Notes: generated by a model not told the origin, from the sequence alone. Positions 30,601-39,986 are shown, counted from the first letter of the stretch. The stretch is DNA of 64,000 nt from an uncultured candidate division Zixibacteria bacterium (GCA_963801605.1 CAWDFP010000006.1:256001-320000); one strand, 5' to 3'. Numbers and translations are program-made.

Positions 30601-31085
30601 AGATTAAAATCCAGCAAGAGCGGTTGGACCTGATTGCCCTGTTTGGAATCACTTTTCCAAATAAAATTCGATGGCTTATAGTCATTATATAGATAACCGC
30701 AGTAATGAATAAAGGCGGCACATTCGAACAGCTCGACAATAAAGTTGTCAATCCACTCATCGCCTCGTCTGACAGCGGAATCCATGATCGCCTTCAAATC
30801 GCATTGAGAAAATCCATTTACATAAGGCATGACGATGACAGTTCTATTCTCATCGTCTAAAATATTTATGGGATTTATCAGAGAAGGATGACGATGGGTC
30901 ATTGCAAAGCGAAATTCTGATCTAACAGCATCCACGGCCAACGGATCATTTTCGAGGGCCATCTTGAGAGCAACCGGTTGATTGGATAAAATATCGGTTG
31001 CGCTGTAAACGCGGGCAACGCCGCCCTGGCCTAATAATTCACCCAGGCGATAATGACCCCCAATGAGAGCGGAATCGGTTTTCAT
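27627..31085 (-). CDS. Hanks-type Ser/Thr protein kinase with degenerate central NTPase-like region and C-terminal TPR array
   Basis: GQGGVARVY, VALK, YNDYKPSN, DFN, GTIEYAAPE, SDFYSIG. Many TPRs (NNIGLI, SNMGIV, NNLGYF, SNLGLC). Start ATG 31085 lies 1 nt after the stop of the histidine kinase (TGA-A-ATG). Confidence 0.9.
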   Translation of the reverse strand: MKTDSALIGGHYRLGELLGQGGVARVYSATDILSNQPVALKMALENDPLAVDAVRSEFRFAMTHRHPSLINPINILDDENRTVIVMPYVNGFSQCDLKAIMDSAVRRGDEWIDNFIVELFECAAFIHYCGYLYNDYKPSNFIWKSDSKQGNQVQPLLLDFNLVSQLGEHLARRGTIEYAAPEVLLGETPAFASDFYSIGATLYELFAGAPPYSSDDSAELIRQITENGPLDLSPIPLRFRDGLAALLMRDAKGRPQNGLAAAAAFGLEQRFTELTNSRANYYLSAGNPPFFEELKKTVTEYLAGKSEKALSISGSGWGTGEFDYLTAEFGLRGYHIERIKYDYHPAWVSSAFDYLLNQTEASICQKTILLIDNYSSLQPDSLAGLRALLRHPRQYPIIFYGDCWKPCELPRQPGNPLRDRTAQNATADTLIAFLKKNQSVSNMEALSLATGGNPELVRMHILSSIETGLLDLASTERTTNISVEITPEIEAILERCICVLNEDQTEIYSTLAAWDGDIPLILLAEFSDSQRKLIDYFLASAHLYRGKDSIAFPSDDFRQIIYRKTPEKKRQCNHRFWAEAVENYIAEDDGRLELLALHWGRSDNPQKGYQANIEAARELFKKSDFAKANLYSETLLTIARNGGGPLSDALMLAGDIAKQAGDYINARKRYLELLLNLDKNQNAELRAETFKDLGDLNRSIKKPGRALYYTQKALILFNKLNNRQGMANCHNNIGLICWVKEEYEKALDSFSSAFELNQSLGNFQEQVKIQSNMGIVKDIMGRTSEVAGHFEKALIFAQRAGDYWLEALTANNLGYFYINQNELDKAQIYLSQALEISSKIGYTENVINTLSNLGLCNLRAGALFSAIDYCQQAIQMAETINNKHQASEAQLFLSEVGILMGNFSLADKVLKSLEGDRIYAENKLFAKQVDLLRSWWYRVVGDTQSARNLAESIADYAKSVGNQRLESEANLSFLLALSIDDCVNPLSDLRELAPKALNLGHNDIAESANLASAKAYLAQGNPLSAEPLIDDIYSRPGQSRKVALEARLLLGNLKSIQKNYDQAIKLFSEAEIQAAGDGFLPDALDGAIGLAEIFFECGKSSRGQETLRRAFSYADRIVGSLPDEVSRQAFSRLPAISRLEALRNQTEECLSI

Positions 31086-31086
31086 T

Positions 31087-32790
31087 TCAATGGAGCGGCA
31101 ATTCAACAGTAAATACCGCGCCTCCATCGGGACTGTTTTGCCCTATGAGGCGTCCCTTGTGGTTAGAAATAATCCTGTAACTTGTGGAAAGACCCAGACC
31201 ATGGCCGGTCTTTTTAGTAGTAATATAAGGTTCAAATATTCTTGGAAGTACTTCCTCGGAGATTCCAGGGCCATTATCGGAAACAACAATTTCCATCATG
31301 TCACCCTTGTCCCGACAGGAGATACTGATCCGACCATCACTGGTGTCGCTGTCTTTGATGGAATCAGCGGAGTTCATAAGCAGATTAAGAAGCACTTGAT
31401 GAATCTGTCCCACGTCGATTTCGGCCTTGGGAAGATCAGGGGCCATATCGAGCTCGATTTTAATGCCCTTAAATTTCTGCTGCGGTTTAACAAAGAAAAC
31501 CACATCGTCAACCAGACGCGGCATATCGCAGATAACTTTTCTGGTTTCGAGATTCGAGAAATCCATAAGCCCGGCGGTAAAGCGCTTCATTTTATCGATA
31601 TTGCTTACCATAGCCTCAACTTTTGGCGCCACTTTCTCATAATGTTGATTGGCGATATTGATCGAGAGCAGCTGGGCATTGGATGAAATTGTCGCCAGGT
31701 AATTATTTAGCTCATGGCCTATCGAGGCTGCCATCTCGCCTTTGGCAATCATCTTTTCGGACATTATAAGGTATTGTTCTAAAATGATTTTTTCTGTGAT
31801 ATCCTCAGCGACGATAATTCGTCCATTTAAATCACCTTCCATGTGATCAAATGGCGAGAAGTGCAGTCGTATAAAGATATCGCTGGCGCCGGCTTTAAGT
31901 TTGTGCGATTCAACCTCGACGGTTTTGAGATTGGATTTTCCGATATTATCCCACCAGAATTCGCGCTCGCCTTCCGGTAAAAGGTGAAGGAGGTTCTCTC
32001 CCAAAAGAGGATTGTTGGTATCGAATGAATATGCTTTTTCGAATAGGCGTACGGCGGCGGAGTTCAGCGACCGTAAACGGCCATTATCCTCAACAACAAT
32101 GATGGCAACCGGGGTTTTATCGAGGATTGCTTCCTGAAAACGCTGCAGGTTGAAAAGTTCGGTGTAAAGCTGGGCGTTCTGGATTGCCAGGGCGGCCTGA
32201 TCGGCAAAAAGTTCGAATAAATAGAGATCGGACTGTAAGAATATATTGGCTCTCGAGGAGTTATCGAGATAGACCACTCCGATTATCTGATTCTTGATTT
32301 TCAACGGAACGCACATCGCCGAGCGAATATTCATCTGGAGAACAGATTGTTTGGAGCAGAAACGGTCATCGCTTAAGGCGTCGGAGGTATAAGTTGAACG
32401 GCCAGTCTTGACGACACCTTCCGCAATGGTGGTGGAAACTTTGAGATCGCTTTGATCCAGCTCCTGCTTCTTGATATTATGAGCGGTCTTAAATTGCAGC
32501 TTACCGTCGGAGTCGAGCAGCATGAGAAAACCGCGTTCGGCTTTGAGAAGCTCGATTGATTTTTTCATGACAATACTTAAAATCTCATCGAGGATCAGGG
32601 TTGAATTAACAGCCCGCGAGACCTCGTAGAGAACCTGAAGATCCTCGCTGCCCAGAGCATGAGCGGCACCGTGTCCACCGGTGATATCGGGGGAAATGCT
32701 GGTAGTAGAGAATTTTTTTAGTTCCGAGGCGATGTTCAGTTTTTCGGTGTTATCGTAACGGACACTACCAAGTAGAATCTTGTTTGACAT
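31087..32790 (-). CDS. Cytoplasmic GAF-PAS sensor histidine kinase
   Basis: GAF (RSAMCVPLKIKNQIIGVVYLDN..QAALAIQNAQLY), PAS-like region, H-box SIGHELNNYL, N-box QVLLNLLMNS, G1 DNGPGI, G2 GHGLGLS. No TM segments. Confidence 0.93.
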   Translation of the reverse strand: MSNKILLGSVRYDNTEKLNIASELKKFSTTSISPDITGGHGAAHALGSEDLQVLYEVSRAVNSTLILDEILSIVMKKSIELLKAERGFLMLLDSDGKLQFKTAHNIKKQELDQSDLKVSTTIAEGVVKTGRSTYTSDALSDDRFCSKQSVLQMNIRSAMCVPLKIKNQIIGVVYLDNSSRANIFLQSDLYLFELFADQAALAIQNAQLYTELFNLQRFQEAILDKTPVAIIVVEDNGRLRSLNSAAVRLFEKAYSFDTNNPLLGENLLHLLPEGEREFWWDNIGKSNLKTVEVESHKLKAGASDIFIRLHFSPFDHMEGDLNGRIIVAEDITEKIILEQYLIMSEKMIAKGEMAASIGHELNNYLATISSNAQLLSINIANQHYEKVAPKVEAMVSNIDKMKRFTAGLMDFSNLETRKVICDMPRLVDDVVFFVKPQQKFKGIKIELDMAPDLPKAEIDVGQIHQVLLNLLMNSADSIKDSDTSDGRISISCRDKGDMMEIVVSDNGPGISEEVLPRIFEPYITTKKTGHGLGLSTSYRIISNHKGRLIGQNSPDGGAVFTVELPLH

Positions 32791-33053
32791 AATAATCCGC
32801 CATTTTATTTCGCCCAGCCTTCTTATCTTTCAGGTCCGGGCAGTTTAACTTGACGATCCCCCGATTATTGGCACTTATATCTGAGGTTCGGCAAACCCTA
32901 TAGGATTTATCGGTTGAATCATCAAAGACTTAACGGCCCAAACGAGTCTTTTTATAGGAAGCGTAACAGAGGCATTAGCCTATGAAAGCCGATACAAAAC
33001 CAATTGTGTGGCAGTTTTAATGCCATTAAAGCGGGGTTATGCCAATTTGCTGT

Positions 33054-33599
33054 TTATTGGATGATCTCGGCCGATGCTATTCGGCCGTTATAAACCGGGC
33101 ATATCGCCCTTTGATGACATCTGGTGCAAGCGCGAGCTCGATAAAAGCGGCGATGAAGAAATAAAACGGCGAGATAAATCAGAAATAAGCCATGCGCTAA
33201 GAATGAAAATTTGCCCGTAACCCAAATGGGCAGCAGTCGAATTCCCAGAATAATCGGGATAAATCTTAGCGGCCAGAATAAAATGCTCCATCCATAGTAA
33301 GTTCCAAAATCGCCGTTTTCGCTTTTTGAGAAGAATCTCGCAACCCAAAATTTACCCCAGCCAAAGTTGCATCGATGGCCATAGTAGCTGCAGCGGACGC
33401 AACGAACGAGAGGGAAAATCAGGAAAAGGCAAACTATTCCATAGGCTAAAAAGGCGATTCCAAAGGAGAGACTGGCGCCAAGCGTAAAATAAAGTGCCAA
33501 TCCGGCCTCGATAATAAGGAGGAGCCAACGAATGATGGGGATTCGACGTGGGTAAGTGTCTAATCCCAATTTGTTCGAGACGTTTATGGTCTGATCCAT
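33054..33599 (-). CDS. Membrane protein with two Cys clusters
   Basis: About four hydrophobic segments. CVRCSYYGHRC and CTRCHQRAICP. Confidence 0.7.
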   Translation of the reverse strand: MDQTINVSNKLGLDTYPRRIPIIRWLLLIIEAGLALYFTLGASLSFGIAFLAYGIVCLFLIFPLVRCVRCSYYGHRCNFGWGKFWVARFFSKSENGDFGTYYGWSILFWPLRFIPIILGIRLLPIWVTGKFSFLAHGLFLIYLAVLFLHRRFYRARACTRCHQRAICPVYNGRIASAEIIQ

Positions 33600-33708
33600 G
33601 AGCCTAATAATATCGTCTGCGCAAAGTTAGAGCAAGTAATCTCTTGACTGGCCCCAATAAATCTGGTAACAATTGAACTGCATTATCCGTAGCTTAAGAG
33701 GGTGAGAA

Positions 33709-34974
33709 ATGAAAAGATTAACTTCGACAATCATCATAGCGCTGACCATCTACGCGGCCACGAACCCGGTCCTGGCCACAACTTTCCTAAGCACCAAAAG
33801 CCCAAGCTTTGAAGTTGACACCGTTTACAACGATGATGTTTTCATATCGGGTGCCAGAATCAAGTTTAACAGCAAAGTCATCGGCGATCTTTTCTCTCTT
33901 AGCTACGAGATGGTACAGACAGATACTGTAACCGGCAATTTCATGGCGTTGGCGTATTCGGTCCAAAATCTGGGGCCGGTTTTGGGAAGCTACCGGGTTT
34001 GTGCCAGGAATATGTCATGCAACGCCGACGTAGGACGAAATGTGCTGCTTTACGGGCAAGAGATAAATGTTGGGCCGGCTTCACATATCGGGCGCGACGC
34101 TAACCTGGCCGGGGGCAGTGTCGTATTCCAGGGCGATTGCGCCGGGAATCTATTTGTCAGCGCCCAAGCAGCGGTGATTTCGGGTAGGGTTGGTGGGAAT
34201 TTGAATTTCCAGGGTGACAGCCTGACGATCAATCCCAACACCGTTATCGAGGGAAATGTCGACTATAATTCTCCATCGAGAGCCATGATCGCTCCCGGGG
34301 CAGTAGTTAATGGCCAGGTCACCTGGAAAAAGAGTGAAACAGAAAAACCTCAGGAAAACAGGCAAGGCAATTTTTGGACGGCCCTGACCTGGATAATATC
34401 TCTCAGAGGTTATTTTATTATTTCAACTATATTTTCGGTGGTTATCATCGCCTTGAGCCTAATTCCTTTTCCGGGCTGGGTCGTGCTTATCTTTCTTTGG
34501 ATTATTCTGGCTGTTTCGGGGAATGTTTTAATTCTTCTAACTAAATCGAAGGCGATAGCAACCGAGAAAATACTCGAATCTCGTCTATTCCCCAGTATGG
34601 GGCTTGGATTTATAATCTTTTTCATTACCCCTGTCGTGGCAATGATACTATTTTTTACAATCCTGGCGGCTCCCCTGGCGCCGCTTCTTTTGATGCTCTT
34701 TGGGATAGCTGCATTTGCCGGCGCTATTTTTAGCAGCCTGTTTGTGGGCCGAAGCATTTGCGGGTTATTTGGGCAGGGAGCAGCCAATACTCCCGGTTAC
34801 CTTTGTTATACGATCGGCATGACGATTATTGTAGCTTTATCATTTATTCCAATAGCCGGTTATATCCTGGTGCTAATGGCAGTGATGGCGGGCCTGGGCG
34901 GGCTGGTACAAACGTATCAAAAAACCAAAGTTGAGCCAGGTATAACATTAGATAATGCCTCTTCGTCGGTGTAG
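33709..34974 (+). CDS. Bactofilin-like (polymer-forming) beta-helix repeat protein with C-terminal multi-pass membrane domain
   Basis: Signal peptide. Repeated V/I-x-G-D/N-L/V motifs (VIGDLF, VTGNFM, VGGNLNF, IEGNVDY). Five to six C-terminal TM helices. Confidence 0.7.
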   Translation: MKRLTSTIIIALTIYAATNPVLATTFLSTKSPSFEVDTVYNDDVFISGARIKFNSKVIGDLFSLSYEMVQTDTVTGNFMALAYSVQNLGPVLGSYRVCARNMSCNADVGRNVLLYGQEINVGPASHIGRDANLAGGSVVFQGDCAGNLFVSAQAAVISGRVGGNLNFQGDSLTINPNTVIEGNVDYNSPSRAMIAPGAVVNGQVTWKKSETEKPQENRQGNFWTALTWIISLRGYFIISTIFSVVIIALSLIPFPGWVVLIFLWIILAVSGNVLILLTKSKAIATEKILESRLFPSMGLGFIIFFITPVVAMILFFTILAAPLAPLLLMLFGIAAFAGAIFSSLFVGRSICGLFGQGAANTPGYLCYTIGMTIIVALSFIPIAGYILVLMAVMAGLGGLVQTYQKTKVEPGITLDNASSSV

Positions 34975-35049
34975 AATAATTTTAACGGTTTGTCCAGTAG
35001 CATCAGTATGGAGACGCGCAAAGTATGTTCCGCTTGCCACCTTATTCGG
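34948..35049 (-). pseudogene. Orphan remnant of a CTD C-terminus
   Basis: Minus strand reads PNKVASGTYFARLHTDATGQTVKIILHRRRGII*, matching VASGTYFVRLQGDSQTQTTKLSFLK of the 10479 protein. There is an in-frame stop just upstream. Confidence 0.55.
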
Positions 35050-35107
35050 CTAATTAATCTATTTATACTATAGGGCCTTTCTCCGATTTGTCAACATTAT
35101 TATAGAT

Positions 35108-35140
35108 AAAAAAAGCCCCGATCTATTAAGACCGGGGCTC
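35108..35140 (-). terminator. Intrinsic terminator after the small Zn-ribbon gene
   Basis: gagccccgg..cggggct followed by a T run on the minus strand. Confidence 0.7.
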
Positions 35141-35156
35141 GAAAATTAAATTTTAC

Positions 35157-35366
35157 CTAAAATCGTTTATCTCTGGGGAAATCCAACATAAAATTAGCCG
35201 CGCAATCGCGACATCCCCAAACCGCCTGGTTGCCATCAAACCATCTCAGGCCTATTTCATAGGAGCCGCATCGCGGGCAATACAGCCGTGGATAAGTTGT
35301 CTCCAGCATCGCGCCGGAATCGGGATAGTATCCCAGATTTACCTCTTTCTCAATTATGGCTTTCAT
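35157..35366 (-). CDS. Small zinc-ribbon protein
   Basis: CPRC...CRDC in 69 aa, with an AAGGGGG RBS-like sequence upstream. Confidence 0.65.
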   Translation of the reverse strand: MKAIIEKEVNLGYYPDSGAMLETTYPRLYCPRCGSYEIGLRWFDGNQAVWGCRDCAANFMLDFPRDKRF

Positions 35367-35516
35367 AAACCCCCTTTGATTTCAGGTTCTTCTCTTATTA
35401 CCGCCTTATACAAATTGAAGTTCCAAATTTTCGGAAGATGTGCAAAAAAGAGACAAAAATTTCAAATTATAAAGAACTCGGATATGACTATAATAATCCC
35501 TTATTAAAATCAGGGC

Positions 35517-36563
35517 TTAATTCCAGGTTCTAAAAAGCAGGCTTTCCGACGAAAAGCCCGGCCCGAGCGCACTGAAAAGACCATAGGCTCCAGGCTTATA
35601 ATCGGTGCCAAGAAAGCGCTCTAATATATATAGGATAGTCACCGATGACATATTGCCATGATCGCGAAGCACTTGCTCTGATATTGCCAACCCATCCGAT
35701 CCCAGTCCAAGAGCCTCACGGTAAGCGTCGATAACTTTAGCCCCTCCGGGATGAAACAAGTGATAACTAATATCTTCAAGACCCAAATTAAATTTCGAAA
35801 TAAAATTGGTTATATTTGCGCGGGTATATTTGCTCACAATCGATGGAATGGCGCGGGCGAAAACCACTTGCAGACCTTGATTCAGAACATTCCAACCCAT
35901 AACATCAAGCGAATCGGGCCAGAGGGTGCTTTGGCGGGCGATAATTTCGGGGCCGCCTTCGGCTCCGTCGAGGAGGACAGCGGCAGCGCCATCGCCGAAG
36001 AGTGCGGTTGCCACAAGATTGCTTTTCCCAAGATCGTCAAACTGGAAAGTCAGGCTGCATAGTTCGACCGCAATTAGAAGCACTCGCGCTTGCGGATAAG
36101 CCTTAAGATAATCGAATGCCATAGATAACCCCATGGCGCCCCCGGCACATCCCAAACCCCAAACCGGAACACGGGAGATATCGGTCCTCAGCCCCAACAG
36201 GTTTATAAGACGAGCATCGATAGACGGTGTAGCCAGGCCGGTGGTGGAGACAAAGATAAGATGATCAACATCATTAGGGGAGAGAGAGGCGTTAGCCAGA
36301 CATTTTCGCGCCGCTTCTTCTCCCAGACGGCAAGCCCAATCGATATAGGTTTTATTTTTTTCCTCGAAATTATGTGGCTCGAAAAACCAGGTTTTAGGGA
36401 CACAGAACTGCCGAGTTTTAACACGGGAACTGGTATATACTCCCAGAAGCCTATCAATGTCGTGGAATTTAGAGGAAAAATGATGATGGGCAAATTCTAC
36501 GGCTTCGCTTTGATCGATCGGATATGGCGGTTTAGCAATGGCGGCGGCAACTATTCTGGCCAT
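35517..36563 (-). CDS. Type III polyketide synthase (chalcone synthase-like, BpsA/alkylresorcinol-synthase type)
   Basis: Cys-His-Asn triad: GLGCAGG, HPGG, HGNMSS. Also VELCSL, LFGDGAAA, GPGFS. Confidence 0.93.
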   Translation of the reverse strand: MARIVAAAIAKPPYPIDQSEAVEFAHHHFSSKFHDIDRLLGVYTSSRVKTRQFCVPKTWFFEPHNFEEKNKTYIDWACRLGEEAARKCLANASLSPNDVDHLIFVSTTGLATPSIDARLINLLGLRTDISRVPVWGLGCAGGAMGLSMAFDYLKAYPQARVLLIAVELCSLTFQFDDLGKSNLVATALFGDGAAAVLLDGAEGGPEIIARQSTLWPDSLDVMGWNVLNQGLQVVFARAIPSIVSKYTRANITNFISKFNLGLEDISYHLFHPGGAKVIDAYREALGLGSDGLAISEQVLRDHGNMSSVTILYILERFLGTDYKPGAYGLFSALGPGFSSESLLFRTWN

Positions 36564-36882
36564 TAATGAGTCCCCCCTTAATTTTGGATTATGTCCTGAA
36601 TCAAGTTAGATAATAAAGATAAAAAAAGGAAGTCGTCAAGAGTAAATTGCACTTATGGACAATTTCGATAATAAAATGTTTATTCCAATACTATTTCAAT
36701 AGCGTCGCTCGAATTGTAGCGATGCGATCGCCGCATTCAAATCTAAAAAAATAAACGCCCGAGGCGGCCGGAGCTCCGGAGTCGTCCCCTAGGAGCGAAC
36801 AAATTGGAGCGCTTCTGCCGAGATTATCAACTACGTAAATTTGTTGACCGGAGCGATTCATTTGTCATATCTTGAATCCATC

Positions 36883-39800
36883 ATGCAACTTTCCTCAGCC
36901 CAAAGGGATGCAGTCGAATACTTAAGCGGCCCCCAGATAATTTTGGCAGGCGCCGGTTCGGGCAAGACGCGCGTAATCGTCGCTAAAGCCCAGTATCTGA
37001 TCGAGCAAAAAGGTTACGCTCCCGATTCTATCTATGTCATAACCTATTCCAATAAAACGCAGACTGAACTTGAAGAGCGGATGGCAGCCCTTGGCGATCA
37101 GGCTCCAATCATTAAGACTTTCCACTCATTCGGCATGGACCTGATTGGTGAGTTCGGGCATTATCTCAAACTGCCCGGCGAGATTGTCAAGGCCAGCGAG
37201 CATCGTCTCTGGCAATATCTCAAACGCGCCATAGGAGAGTTGACCGAATCAGATCTTCTTGATACCAACCAATCGATGAAAGTATATCTCGATCTCAAGC
37301 AGTTTATCAGCCGTGCCAAAGATGAATTGGTCAAGCCCGAGGAGATAATCGCCAGGGCCGAAAAAGAGCTGGCGGCAATCCCGGCTGGAGTTGAAACCGA
37401 TGATGTTATCCTGCAGCGCGCCAAGTGGAGCAAGGTCCTGGAGGCGGGGAAGATATTCCAATCGTATGAGCGGATAAAATCTGAGCAAAGCACTTCATCG
37501 AACGGCATCGGCGGGATCGACTATGGCGATATGATCGTTCTGACGCATCGGCTCTTATCATCGGAGAAGGTGGTGGGGGCGTCAATCCGCAAACGCTGCC
37601 GTTATATCTTAGTTGATGAGTTTCAGGATGCCAATTTCGCGCAAGTGGAAATTCTACGACTGGTAGCGTCAAACGATTGCGGCGTTACAGTAGTTGGTGA
37701 CGACGACCAGGCGATCTACCGTTTCAGAGGGGCCAGTTTCGCATCATTTAGATTATTCCAGAAGCTTTTCCCGGGGTGGAAAATATTCCGGCTTGAGGAG
37801 AACTACCGCTCGCAGGCCAATATCGTGCATGCGGCGCAAGCCTTGATTGAGCTCGATCCGGCAGCGCGGTTTGATCCCGGCAAGAAAATGACCGCTTTCA
37901 AGCCGGAGGCCGCCAAAGTCATAGTGCGAAAGTGCCCTGATGAATATAGCGAGGCCTTATCCGTGGCCGAGGAGATTGAACGACTCCTGGTCAAAGAGGA
38001 GTTTCAGAAACCGTCGTCAATTGCGGTGCTGGTTCGGGCCCGACGACACAAAGATGTGCTCGCTAAAATACTGGAACGGAAGGGTATTGATTATTTCTAT
38101 GATCGAAGCAGCGCGGAACTAACAAAAAAATCCGCTAAACTCCTATTATTACTATACGAATTTACAGTCGATGATTCGCGGGCCAATCTTTTGCCAACAT
38201 TAATAAATCATTTCGTACCCAACCTTAAGCCTGAGCTCGAACGTGAAATAAACTATCGGCTTTCGCGCCAAAGCACGTCACCCCTGCCGGTATTGACCGC
38301 ATTTATCGCTGAACAGGGCGAGTCCGCTCCGGTCGGGCTTAAAACGATGATTGAACTTCTCGAGCGGCTCAAATTGCTTTCGGTGGAAACGACGCCGTTA
38401 CAGCTTTTGGAAAAGATTATCATTGAAACGGGGATTTTAAAAAATATCGTCATAGAGGGCAAACCAACTGATAATGAGGCCATGCAGGAGATATCCGGCA
38501 TACTCAAAGATGCTGAGAAATTTTTATCGGAATATTCGGACGGATCACATGCTGCCTTTTTAGATTACTTCGATTGGCAAACATCAGGCGGCGAAAACGA
38601 TGGGGAATCTGAAACGAAATCACCGATAATACTGCAGACGGTACACGGGTCAAAAGGCCTGGAGTATCCCGTGGTTTTTATGATCGGCCTCTCGAATCGA
38701 CGCTTTCCGCCTCAAAAACAGAATTCGCTTCTGGAGTTTCCGTCGGAGTTATATAAGGAGGATCTGCCTCCCGGCGATTACCGTATCCAGGAGGAACGCC
38801 GTTTATTTTATGTCGGGATGACTCGCGCCAGGGAAATTCTTTATCTCTATGGAGTTGAAAAAAAAGGCACCAAGATATCGCAGTTTATAGCGGAGCTTTC
38901 TAAATCGTCAGCTTTTATAATCTCGAGCGAATGCGAAACGTTGGGGCAGACCTCGCCTGAAATAATCGAAGGCGTTGGCGCGCGCCAGTTAACAACAGAT
39001 CCTGATTCAGTGATCATCATTCCCTCGAAAAGACCAATTGATAATGCCATTTCCGAAAGCCTTTTTGAGCTTTGGAAAAAGCAGAGTTTCGCTGTCAAAA
39101 ACGAAGAGGACTTTGAGAATCGCAAGGCCGAGTTTACCCAAATGATCGAAAGCGGGCTGGCCAACATTAAAGAAATTATTCATAACGATATCTTTAATCC
39201 ACCGCCTCCTCAACAGCACTATACCGTAGGAAGTATATCGTACACTGATATTTCGGCGTTCCAGGATTGCCCGCTCAAATTCTACTATCGCAAGGTGCTT
39301 TGCCTGCCGGCGCCATCAGGGCCTCAGCAAAGCCTGGGATCTGTGATTCATGGCATTCTCGAGGAAGCCGGAAAGAAGATGATGAAGGGCGAAAAGCCAT
39401 CCCTTGAATCTCTGGTAGCCTCGTTTGAAACCCGTTGGCGAAGAGCGCTTCTAAATGATCCCGATCAAAAGGAACGATTAAGGACGAGGGGACATAATCT
39501 TCTGGAGCGTTTTTTAAAGATGCAAGATGAGCGAACCGGTATACCAATAGCTACGGAGCTTATTTTTAAATTCAGTATCAGCGATCCGGGAAAACCGCCC
39601 AAGCTCACCGGCCGAATAGACCGCGTGGATAAAACCGATGGGGGACTTGAGATCGTCGATTATAAAACGGGCAAAAGCACATCGACGGATTTCAAATCCG
39701 ATCTGCAGCTTCCGATTTACGCCCTGGCCTGTTTCGATCTTTTCAAGGAATACCCTCGTAGGCTAACCTATATGTTCCTTGGAGATGAGATCTGCCATGA

Positions 39801-39954
39801 CGCCGTCTATGACCCCAAGTCTCTGGAAGAAATAAAGGCGCAAATAGTTGCAACGATCGACGAGATAAATAAATCCGATTTTATCGCTACGCCCGGACGT
39901 ATTTGCGAAAATTGTGATTACAAAAGGATTTGTCCGGCCAGGCAAGAGGGATAG
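36883..39954 (+). CDS. UvrD/PcrA-family SF1 helicase fused to a PD-(D/E)XK nuclease (AdnAB/AddA-like) with Fe-S Cys motif
   Basis: AGAGSGKT, VDEFQD, GDDDQAIYRFRGA, NYRS, TVHGSKGLEY, EERRLFYVGMTRA. Nuclease GRIDRVD..IVDYKTG..QLPIY. CPLKFYY ... CENCDYKRICP. Confidence 0.93.
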   Translation: MQLSSAQRDAVEYLSGPQIILAGAGSGKTRVIVAKAQYLIEQKGYAPDSIYVITYSNKTQTELEERMAALGDQAPIIKTFHSFGMDLIGEFGHYLKLPGEIVKASEHRLWQYLKRAIGELTESDLLDTNQSMKVYLDLKQFISRAKDELVKPEEIIARAEKELAAIPAGVETDDVILQRAKWSKVLEAGKIFQSYERIKSEQSTSSNGIGGIDYGDMIVLTHRLLSSEKVVGASIRKRCRYILVDEFQDANFAQVEILRLVASNDCGVTVVGDDDQAIYRFRGASFASFRLFQKLFPGWKIFRLEENYRSQANIVHAAQALIELDPAARFDPGKKMTAFKPEAAKVIVRKCPDEYSEALSVAEEIERLLVKEEFQKPSSIAVLVRARRHKDVLAKILERKGIDYFYDRSSAELTKKSAKLLLLLYEFTVDDSRANLLPTLINHFVPNLKPELEREINYRLSRQSTSPLPVLTAFIAEQGESAPVGLKTMIELLERLKLLSVETTPLQLLEKIIIETGILKNIVIEGKPTDNEAMQEISGILKDAEKFLSEYSDGSHAAFLDYFDWQTSGGENDGESETKSPIILQTVHGSKGLEYPVVFMIGLSNRRFPPQKQNSLLEFPSELYKEDLPPGDYRIQEERRLFYVGMTRAREILYLYGVEKKGTKISQFIAELSKSSAFIISSECETLGQTSPEIIEGVGARQLTTDPDSVIIIPSKRPIDNAISESLFELWKKQSFAVKNEEDFENRKAEFTQMIESGLANIKEIIHNDIFNPPPPQQHYTVGSISYTDISAFQDCPLKFYYRKVLCLPAPSGPQQSLGSVIHGILEEAGKKMMKGEKPSLESLVASFETRWRRALLNDPDQKERLRTRGHNLLERFLKMQDERTGIPIATELIFKFSISDPGKPPKLTGRIDRVDKTDGGLEIVDYKTGKSTSTDFKSDLQLPIYALACFDLFKEYPRRLTYMFLGDEICHDAVYDPKSLEEIKAQIVATIDEINKSDFIATPGRICENCDYKRICPARQEG

Positions 39955-39986
39955 GGAATAATCCTTCATCGGAAATTCGAATAATG

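Noticed and set aside
31063..31686. 207-aa plus-strand ORF
   Set aside because: Antisense shadow of the histidine kinase HATPase domain.
36700..36800. Short palindromes (gcgatcgc, ccggagctccgg) suggesting a REP/MITE or ncRNA
   Set aside because: Single occurrence, no terminal repeats or target duplication, no recognisable RNA family.
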